The notes beneath the pieces are model-generated. The model made no database searches. It was not told where the DNA came from and was given only the letters and a program-made list of their open reading frames with translations. Shown piece after piece: positions 25,632 through 34,000 of a stretch of DNA of 55,026 nt. The position numbers and the translations under genes were made by a program. Within the stretch, counting starts at the first letter, position 1, and each line of letters begins with the position of its first letter. The DNA comes from an uncultured Methanosarcinales archaeon (GTDB lineage Archaea > Nanobdellota > Nanobdellia > Woesearchaeales > JASKKU01), in NCBI GenBank assembly GCA_964445165.1, contig CAYUJZ010000005.1, positions 1 to 55,026 on the forward strand, read 5' to 3'.

Positions 25632-26461
25632 GCAGGAGCATTGCACTTGACATAGGCGGCACAAAGATTTTTCTTGGAAAGTTTTCAGGCAAGAACCTGG
25701 TTTCAGTTAGAAAGCTTAAGACAAAAAGCCTTAGGCAGCAGCTTTTCTTTGAGCTGGACAAGGAACTTAAGAGCCCTGCCAGCAAAAAAAAACAAATCCA
25801 CGCAATAAAAATTTCCTGCGCAGGCCCGGCAGACTACTCAAAAGGCATCCTTAAAAAGCCATCCAACCTAAAGCCGGCAGGCTTTAAGATAGTTGAAGAG
25901 CTAAGAAAAAGATACAGCACAAAGGTCTTCTTTGAGAACGATGCATCCTGTTTTGCCCTCTACCACGCAATTTCAGGAAAGGCAAAAAAATTCAGGATAG
26001 TTTCAGCCCTGACTCTTGGGACAGGCATAGGCTGCGGCCTCACCATATCCAAAAAGCCCTTCCGCGGAAGAAGCGATGCCTGCGAGCTCGCCCATATCAC
26101 ATTAGGAGGCTCAACCCTTGAGCAGGCTTACCGGCAGTTGCCCAGAAAGCATAAATTTTCTTCTTTTCTTGAAGCAGCACAGGCACTTTCTTCGAATGCT
26201 TCAAAAAGCACTAAATGCCGGGCAGAAAGCCTGTTTACAGAGCTAGGCAGGCTTGCTGCACTCGCCTGCTATAATGTAAGGCTTCTCTACGACCCCGAAA
26301 CCATAGTAATCGGAGGCGCTGTTGCACATGCAGAGCCGCTCATGCTGAAATCTTTCAATAATGAAACCAAAAAATTAAATAGAAAGTTTGGTTTTGGTGA
26401 AATAGGCATAGTTTTTGATGCAGATGAGCTGGCATCCCTGAAAGGCGCGGCACTCCTTTAA
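25628..26461 (+). CDS. ROK-family sugar kinase-like protein
   Basis: 'IALDIGGTKI', 'NDASCFAL' and 'TLGTGIGCG'. The cysteine-rich ROK zinc motif is not evident. Confidence 0.75.
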   Translation: MSRSIALDIGGTKIFLGKFSGKNLVSVRKLKTKSLRQQLFFELDKELKSPASKKKQIHAIKISCAGPADYSKGILKKPSNLKPAGFKIVEELRKRYSTKVFFENDASCFALYHAISGKAKKFRIVSALTLGTGIGCGLTISKKPFRGRSDACELAHITLGGSTLEQAYRQLPRKHKFSSFLEAAQALSSNASKSTKCRAESLFTELGRLAALACYNVRLLYDPETIVIGGAVAHAEPLMLKSFNNETKKLNRKFGFGEIGIVFDADELASLKGAALL

Positions 26462-26483
26462 AAAAGCAGGGCAAAAAGATAAA

Positions 26484-26936
26484 ATGAGCATTTCAGAAAT
26501 AATACAGGAAATCTCAGAAATGGAAGAGCTTAAAGGCTACTACCTTTATCTTTTATTTTACAACATTGACTCAAAGAAAGAAAGCCAGGAGATAGGCTTT
26601 TACAGCCCTGATGAGAAAAAAATCAAGACAGTAAGCATTACCAACAACAACTCAATCAGGGAAGAAGATGAGACAATGTCCGGGGAAATCCCGGTCCCGC
26701 TTGATGTAGAAAAGGTAAAGCTATTTAAGGAAGAGGTAATGGAAATCCTGAATAAGAGATTTTCGCTAAAGGTTGCCAGGCTTCTTATGATTTTATCAAC
26801 AGAGCAGCCAATCAAAGAGCCAATTTGGACAATAACAATGATGAGGGCAGACAACACAATTTACAACCTAAAGATGTCAGCAAATGATGGCAGGATAATT
26901 TCCCAGGGTGAAGTCAGCCTTTTTGGCTCACCTTAA
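26484..26936 (+). CDS. Hypothetical protein (150 aa)
   Basis: ORF with an ATG start and a compatible reading-frame context. No motif recognised. Confidence 0.5.
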   Translation: MSISEIIQEISEMEELKGYYLYLLFYNIDSKKESQEIGFYSPDEKKIKTVSITNNNSIREEDETMSGEIPVPLDVEKVKLFKEEVMEILNKRFSLKVARLLMILSTEQPIKEPIWTITMMRADNTIYNLKMSANDGRIISQGEVSLFGSP

Positions 26937-26979
26937 GCTGAGCTATATCAGGCCATATCAAACGCCTGGTTAAGCCAGC

Positions 26980-27636
26980 TTACCTGCTTTTCTTCACACT
27001 GATTCTAGGGCATAAGCCCTTTATAGGGCATCTTGAGCAGAAAGGGCTCACAGGCAGGCATATGTTCTGCCCAAAGGCAACCAGCAGCTTATTGTATTCA
27101 ATCCAGCACCTCTTAGGCAGCACCTTCATCAGCTCCATCTCGCTCTCAAAAGGGCCTTTTGACTTAATCAGCCCAATCCTGTTGCTAATCCTGTGCACAT
27201 GAGTGTCCACGCAGATAGCAGGCCTCCCGAACCCCTCAGCAATCACCAGGTTTGCTGTTTTCCTCCCGACCCCCGGAAGCTCAAGCAGCCTTTCCATAGA
27301 ATCCGGCACCTTGCAGCCTTTCTTTTCCAGAATCTCCGCAATCTCCTTAATTCTCTTAGCCTTTGTCTTGTAGAAGCCAACAGGATAAATCAATTTCTCT
27401 AACTCTTTTGCATCAAGCTCAATAAGCTTTCTGCAGGAATCCGCAGCCTCAAAAAGCCTCCTCGATGCCTCAATAGTAACCCTGTCCTTAGTCCTTAGGC
27501 TAAGAATGCAGCTAAAAAGCACATGAAAAGGGCTCCTATTGAAGTGGCTTACAGCAGGAACCTCAAAAGGCTTCACCGCTGTTTTAATCTCATTAAGCAC
27601 AAGCCCTATGTTTTCAGCCGAAATTACCTTTTTCAT
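26980..27636 (-). CDS. nth: Endonuclease III (Nth) DNA glycosylase/AP lyase
   Basis: HhH 'LPGVGRKTANLV', 'DTHVHRISNRIG' and the 4Fe-4S loop 'CLPVSPFCSRCPIKGLC' (C-x6-C-x2-C-x5-C). Confidence 0.9.
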   Translation of the reverse strand: MKKVISAENIGLVLNEIKTAVKPFEVPAVSHFNRSPFHVLFSCILSLRTKDRVTIEASRRLFEAADSCRKLIELDAKELEKLIYPVGFYKTKAKRIKEIAEILEKKGCKVPDSMERLLELPGVGRKTANLVIAEGFGRPAICVDTHVHRISNRIGLIKSKGPFESEMELMKVLPKRCWIEYNKLLVAFGQNICLPVSPFCSRCPIKGLCPRISVKKSR

Positions 27637-27737
27637 GCCTAAATCACATCCCGAGAAAAGGCTCTTTATTAGCTTTGCCTATTTTGTTCCCCTTTCCTCT
27701 TTTGTTTTTGATTGTTTTTTATTCCCAAATAGAAACT

Positions 27738-27745
27738 TTTAAATA
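27738..27745 (+). promoter_or_regulatory. TATA box (TTTAAATA) 25 nt upstream of the ATG at 27770
   Basis: Consensus element at the standard spacing in front of the giant surface-protein operon. Confidence 0.45.
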
Positions 27746-27769
27746 CTTTATTTTTAAAGTTTAGCCTGA

Positions 27770-30700
27770 ATGGATAACAGTAGAAATCTCCTGGTTTTAT
27801 TAGGCATCCTGGTTTTTACAGTCTCAACAGCAATCCAGGCTGGCCTGATAGTTGATATGGCTGCTCTTTCCGCTAGGCTGACTAAAACAGGCGTAGGCGA
27901 CATCCATTTCTGCGTGGAAGATCTTTCTATTGAGAGAGTTTCCCATACCTTTAATATACAGGAAGGACAGGTCCTTTCAGGGATTGAAACCGTACAGGTC
28001 AATGTGTCAAATTATATTTCTTCAGAGAATGTAACTGTCTACTATACACTGACCGATAGAACGGGCGGGCTTCATTTTAACAATAAAGCAACAATGAATG
28101 TATTAGGGGAAGGAATGGCCCAGTTCCTTTATCATCTTAACACTATAGATTACCCGGAGAGAAATTGTTTTTATAGTTTAGAATATAATTTGCACACCAA
28201 TAGAAGTTCATGTATTAAGAGATATTCTGCTTTTCGCGATGAACTATCCATTAATAACTTTGATAGCCCTCCAAGATGGGAGCAGTTCAGGAACGAGAAC
28301 TCAACCGACTTAGATGCTTTTTCTAGTTGGGTAAGAATAAGCGACATCACTCTTTTTAAAGAGGATGTAGGCAGGCTTGAGTTTGGCGGTTACTGGAATT
28401 TTGATGATGCAGACCTGGATGCCCACATTATATTTGATCAGAAAAGGTTTGCAGTTAGCCCGAATCATCTTTATTGTTTTCATAGGCCAATCTTTGTAAC
28501 GTTCTTCAATTTTACCTGGCCAGTTCCTATGATGTATAAAAATGGAGTGTATTGCGATGGTCCTGAAGACGGCTGTGAGCTGATTGATCATAATACTGAT
28601 GAGAATACAGTTTCGTATCAACTTTATGCTCCAGGAAATTTTGAGTTCTTAAGAATTCTTGGTGCGAGTGTTCGACTAAATGTATATTCAAAAGATGAAG
28701 AGTCCGAAGAATATTATATTAATCAGAATTTCGTTTTAGAGCAAGATATTTTTTTCCATACGAATTATACTGTTTCAGGTGAATTTATCAACTTCAGCAA
28801 GGTAAATTGCTCTCTAGCAATAATAGACAGAGATGACGGTGAGAGAGAGATTGCTCGTTATGGTATGGACTTGAACATTTCAAGAGCAGTTTATTATGAG
28901 GCTCGTCATTACTCTTTTATAGACCATTGGATAAATGTATCCTCAAGTTCTTTTGGCATTGGGTCCTACCTTGCCCGGGCAGAATGCAATGCTTCTGATG
29001 CAGATCCAGATGTTCCCTTTAGACAAGACGGATTTCAATTCTATGTTGACCCATATCCTGTTGATGTGGCTTTCTGGTCAGAGACTCAACCCCTTGAAAC
29101 GAATTCAACGAACTTTTCAGAGAGTATCAAAAAGCAGTTTTCAATTGGCAGCTCAAACAGGAAGATAAGATATAATAATGATACTCCTCTGGCTTTTATT
29201 TCTGTTGCATTCAAAAACAAAACATCGTCTGAGCTTCAACCGCTTACTAATCATTATGAGTGCTTTGTAAATTGGGGTGATGGGACCCAGCAGAACATAA
29301 CCCTGAACACTTCGGATATGATAAGAAACTTAACAGTTTGCGATACTCTTGGTTTTAATTGCACTGAGCACATTATTGCAGAGATTCCACACAGTTTCGA
29401 ATGGCCTGGAGATTATGTGGTTTCCATTAACTGTGGTCTTATAGAAGGAAACCTCTTCTCGAGCTTTTCTGGTCAAACAGCCGTTAATATTACTAACAGG
29501 CGCCCTCTTCATATACACCCTATACCGGATGTTACCTGGCTCCAGGGGAGGCAATACTCCCCTTTTCACCTTGACTGGTACTTCTTTGAGCCAGATGGCG
29601 AGAAGATGACTTTTTCTGTTACCAACCCTGCCCCGATATTGGTATACATAAACCAGGAAACGTCTTTAGTAGAATTGATTTCAGATGATGATTTTTCGGG
29701 TACTGTTACAGTATATTTTACGGCAACTGATCCCTGGGGGGCATATGCTACATCTAACCCTGTAAACCTTACTGTTATCCCTTTCGAGAAAGAAGAAACA
29801 AAGGAATTTGATGAAGATGATGGCCTCTATGGAGAAGAGCTCTTCTTAGAAAGGTGCCAGGAGAAGTGGAACTGCACAGAATGGGGACCCTGCCTTCCTT
29901 CTGAAATACAGCTAAGGACTTGTGTTGACATGGAAAGCTGCAATACTACTTTTAATAAGCCGCCAGAATGGAGGTTCTGCTTTTATACCCCGACCTGTTA
30001 TGACGGCCTGAAAAACCAGGGAGAATTAGGAGTTGATTGCGGCGGCCCTTGCTCGCCCTGCCCAAGCTGTAATGATGGAATCAAAAACCAGGGCGAAGAA
30101 GGCATAGACTGCGGCGGCCCTTGCCCGCCCTGCCCAACATGCTATGACGGAATACAGAACTGCCACATTATGCCAGACGGCAATATACTTTGCGAAGAAG
30201 GCATAGACTGCGGCGGTCCTTGCCCACCATGTGTTGACGAGCAAAGGCCGGGCATTGTGAGGAGCATGTTGATAAACCACCTCAACGAGTTCCTTATATT
30301 TGGCGCCCTGGCATTTCTTGCAGCATCAATTCTTTTAATCGCAGCTTCAAAAATCCCAAAAGTCGCCCTCTTTTTGTCTAAGGCATTTGACAAAATGCTG
30401 AATGCGCTAACCCTTCCGACTTTCAAGGAATTCAACCTTTACACCGAAATCATGGTCAAATTAAGCAATCTTGAGAAGTATTTCGAAAAAGGCAAAAGGG
30501 ATGTTATTCTTTCCAGGATAGACAGTACATTCAAGAAGTTTTCAGGCTTTTTGTTTTCCTGCCCTGAGGGAAGCACAGAGCAGGAGGTAATCGAGAAGGC
30601 AAGCCAGAGCAGCCTCAGAGAAGCTGACAAGATGCTTATAGAGCTATTCCTGACAAAGCTTAGCCTGGTTAAGTATTCCGGAGATGTCAAATCTGTCTCT

Positions 30701-31057
30701 AAAGCAAGATTGAGAGACCTCTTGGTAAAGCTTAAGCTTATAGTCATGAGGAGCAAGGACCTGCTCTATAAGGTTCAGGTTGAGAAAGAACTGGATGCTA
30801 TTAGGGTTAAGATGTCTTCAGCACCCAATGCAAGAAGCTTGGCAGAGTCAAGGCTCCTTTACAATATAATAAGGGAAACTTACCTCTTTTCAGGCTATGT
30901 TGAAACAAAAAAGCTTAAAAATGCGCTTCAGGCATACGAAAACATACAAAAATTATATAAACAGCTAAGATGGTGGAACAGGATTAAGGTATACCCCAGA
31001 ATCGCCCCAAGGGCAAGAATGCTTAAAGAGATGATGAGGAAGAACAGGCAAAAATGA
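27770..31057 (+). CDS. Giant type-I membrane surface glycoprotein (1095 aa): signal/anchor, large ectodomain, one cadherin/Ig-like domain, 3 x DCGGPC cysteine modules, TM helix, about 235-aa helical cytoplasmic tail
   Basis: The N-terminal hydrophobic segment is 'LLVLLGILVFTVSTAIQA'. I count about 23 N-x-S/T sequons by eye in the ectodomain. The TM helix 'FLIFGALAFLAASILLIAA' is encoded near 30290-30350. The stop overlaps the next ATG (ATGA at 31054-31057). Confidence 0.85.
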   Translation: MDNSRNLLVLLGILVFTVSTAIQAGLIVDMAALSARLTKTGVGDIHFCVEDLSIERVSHTFNIQEGQVLSGIETVQVNVSNYISSENVTVYYTLTDRTGGLHFNNKATMNVLGEGMAQFLYHLNTIDYPERNCFYSLEYNLHTNRSSCIKRYSAFRDELSINNFDSPPRWEQFRNENSTDLDAFSSWVRISDITLFKEDVGRLEFGGYWNFDDADLDAHIIFDQKRFAVSPNHLYCFHRPIFVTFFNFTWPVPMMYKNGVYCDGPEDGCELIDHNTDENTVSYQLYAPGNFEFLRILGASVRLNVYSKDEESEEYYINQNFVLEQDIFFHTNYTVSGEFINFSKVNCSLAIIDRDDGEREIARYGMDLNISRAVYYEARHYSFIDHWINVSSSSFGIGSYLARAECNASDADPDVPFRQDGFQFYVDPYPVDVAFWSETQPLETNSTNFSESIKKQFSIGSSNRKIRYNNDTPLAFISVAFKNKTSSELQPLTNHYECFVNWGDGTQQNITLNTSDMIRNLTVCDTLGFNCTEHIIAEIPHSFEWPGDYVVSINCGLIEGNLFSSFSGQTAVNITNRRPLHIHPIPDVTWLQGRQYSPFHLDWYFFEPDGEKMTFSVTNPAPILVYINQETSLVELISDDDFSGTVTVYFTATDPWGAYATSNPVNLTVIPFEKEETKEFDEDDGLYGEELFLERCQEKWNCTEWGPCLPSEIQLRTCVDMESCNTTFNKPPEWRFCFYTPTCYDGLKNQGELGVDCGGPCSPCPSCNDGIKNQGEEGIDCGGPCPPCPTCYDGIQNCHIMPDGNILCEEGIDCGGPCPPCVDEQRPGIVRSMLINHLNEFLIFGALAFLAASILLIAASKIPKVALFLSKAFDKMLNALTLPTFKEFNLYTEIMVKLSNLEKYFEKGKRDVILSRIDSTFKKFSGFLFSCPEGSTEQEVIEKASQSSLREADKMLIELFLTKLSLVKYSGDVKSVSKARLRDLLVKLKLIVMRSKDLLYKVQVEKELDAIRVKMSSAPNARSLAESRLLYNIIRETYLFSGYVETKKLKNALQAYENIQKLYKQLRWWNRIKVYPRIAPRARMLKEMMRKNRQK
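29996..30232 (+). repeat. Three tandem cysteine-rich modules C-x-DG-x-x-N-x-x-E-x-G-x-DCGGPC-x-PC (coding repeat)
   Basis: The modules start at 29996, 30068 and 30140. A near-identical 31-nt segment gaagaaggcatagactgcggcgg(c/t)ccttgccc occurs at about 30095 and about 30195. The GC content is locally elevated. Confidence 0.85.
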
Positions 31058-34000
31058 ATAAATTAAGGCTTTACTCGCTGATAGTGGGTATTCTTGCATT
31101 AGTTTATGTGTATACTTATACCCTTCCTATAGATACAAAGCTACAGATAGTTGATTTCTTCAGCCTGAGCCCCGGCAGGGATATGATTACCGGGCATCTT
31201 ACAAAGGGAGAATATCTCGGTGAATGTACAGAGCCTAACCAATTACCTTATTTCAACGACTCTTTTTTCGGAGGAGTAATCACCTTGTATGTTAATGAAA
31301 GCTTCACTCACCAGATTGGCTATGTTGACCCTGACGGTGATCCAGTTCTAGTTTTGGCAGAAGGGTCTTGGGATAAACTAACAGAACCTAATGTTTTGAA
31401 CTACAGCGGTTACCTGAACCTTACAAATCTCAGAAAGCAGGATGTTGGAATGCATATGGTTACTTTTTATGCTCATGATGCTTGTAATTATCCTCGGGGC
31501 TGGGTAGACTCAGACAGCGTTAATTTCTCAATACTGAACATCAACGTCCCGCCAGAAATAATAGGTTACTCCCCGGAAATAGACCCGCCCGCAAATGTCT
31601 CACTGAAAGAGGGCAATTCCACAAGCTTCAACATAACAGTATATGACCCCGACCTGCTTGTTAACCCTAACTTCTACAATGAGACGCTTACATACAATTG
31701 GTATCTTGACACAGAGCTTAATTATACATCAGGAGCCAGCCGGACAAATATTTCAAGCTTTACATTTTCTCCAGGCTTCTGCGACTCTGGGCTATGGAAT
31801 GTTTCTGTGAATGTTACAGATAAAGAAGGAGAATCCGAAATACATTATTGGCTCGTTGATGTTGAGGATGTCAACAGGCCTCCACACCAGAATGCGTCTT
31901 TTCCCCACAACATTACAATCAATGAGACAAAGGACTGGAGCACAGACCACATAAATGTCCTGAATCTCAATGATTACATCATAGACCCTGATGTTATTGA
32001 GTGCAGTGATCAGGATGATAACATAACATACATAAGCCATCACCCTTTTGTGCTGGTTGATCAGGCAAGCGGCAATATAACGATAAACACAACTGAGTAT
32101 TACTTTGGCAACTTCACAGTTAATTTCACAGCAACCGATACCAAGGCAGACTCCCTAGTTACTGGGAACTTATGGATAATTGTGGAAAACATTCCTGACG
32201 CTCCCATATTGAACTCAACAAGCCAGATGATAGCTTCGGGATACTTGTTTGAGTACCTGATTTCTGCGTTTCATCCAGATGGATTTAATATGAGTTTTGA
32301 TTACTCCCTGCAATATGACAGCGATGAAGTAGAGCCTGGAAGCGTGGGTTTTGACACAAGCACGGGAAACATAAGCTTTACTCCGGAGCTCCAAGGGGCA
32401 AACACCCAATCAATAATCAGGATAAACATAACCGCAACAGATGATGGGCACAGGACGGACGGAGAAGGCCCCTTCAACTCTTCAACCACATTCAACCTTA
32501 CAGTGTTTCTGAATGAGCCTCCCCAAATACTCGACTGTAGAGACATTACCACAACAGAAAATCAGATGACAACCATTGATTTCAGGTATTTGGATCCCGA
32601 AGGGGACGATGTTGAGATCTCCTTTTATAATTCATGGTTCTCATTTAGCATACATAATTCCACCCACATCAGAGCAGAATTTACGCCCCTGGATGAGCAT
32701 GCTCACGAAATTCATACTATTACAGTAAACCTAACTGACATTTGGGACATGTCGGGCTCATGCACCTTTGACTTAACTGTTATAGACATAAACAACCCGC
32801 CAGTACTGGAGATCTCTGATTTTCATCCCCTAAGAATTGGTTATCCTTATTATTACGAGGCGAACGTTACCGACTTAGACCATAATGACATTCATAACTT
32901 TACTGATAATGCAACGTTTTTTAATATCTCAACCCAGAACAGGAAAGGAATCATAAACATTTCCGAAGTAGAAGAAGAGCATGAAGGGCTTCATATTGTA
33001 AACATAACTGTCTGTGACGACGGAAACCGCCATAACCACACGATTGAGTGCGACACAAAGATAGTAGAGTTTTTGGTTGAAAGAAACAGCCCTCCTTATT
33101 TTATTGACCTTCAAGATTACTTTGAGTGTGAGCAGTATAGTGTTTGCATAATGGAATTTACCGCAGGAGACCCAGAAAACGACATACTGAACTTCTCCGT
33201 AAATGTTTCTATTTTTAACATAACTTCTACTTTTAATGAGACAACAAACCATACACTCGGAAGAATAAACTTTACACCATATATGAGGCCAGGAACAATA
33301 AACTTTACTCTTACAGTAACAGACCCCTGGGGCGATTTTAACTCTACTGAAGTTATCCTGAACATAACTGAAGTTAATACCCCTCCCGAGGTTAGTCCTG
33401 AGAACAGCACCTTGAACATTGTTACCTGGGTTAATGAGCCAACTGAAGTTCATATTTATGTACATGACAGGGAAGATGATGAAATTGGGATAACTTTAAA
33501 TGACACAAGCCTGTTTAATCTTGAAGAAATCAGCAAGTCAGACCATGGAACCTATTATGAGACCTACTTTAATGCAAGCTTTACCCCTTTAGACAACGGC
33601 ACATGGATTATTGAGATGAACATAACTGACGGGACCCATTATGTTTATGAGAACCTTACAATTGAAGTCAGGCCTGAAAATCATCCGCCTGTTTTTGGCA
33701 ACTTCTCTCCAGCTGATCCGGACGGCGAGCCGCTTATTCTGTTGGAAAAGGATACTTTGGAATTAGCTTTTGACGTTTCTGACCCTGAGGGAGATGATTT
33801 TATTGTTGAGATTTTTCTTAATAACCAGCTCGCAAAAGAAAGCAATGAGACCTCCCAAAATTACACATTCACCCCTGGCTGGTATGATGCAGGAGAGCAT
33901 TATATAAAAGCAGTTGCAACAGATGAATATGGAAAAAACAGCTCAGTAGAGTGGAGAGTTCAGGTGCTTAACCGAAACAGGCTTCCTATTGGATGCAAAA

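Noticed and set aside
29996-30232. Direct DNA repeats that could be mistaken for a short CRISPR-like or satellite array.
   Set aside because: The repeats are in frame within a long ORF and encode the conserved cysteine module. There are only three units, with variable lengths and no spacer-like unique segments.
30026-30435. Minus-strand ORFs 30026-30280 and 30142-30435, rich in A/R/W.
   Set aside because: They lie antisense to the GC-rich DCGGPC repeat modules. Repeated GCCGCC/GGGCAAGG on the opposite strand keeps the frame open, so they are not independent genes.
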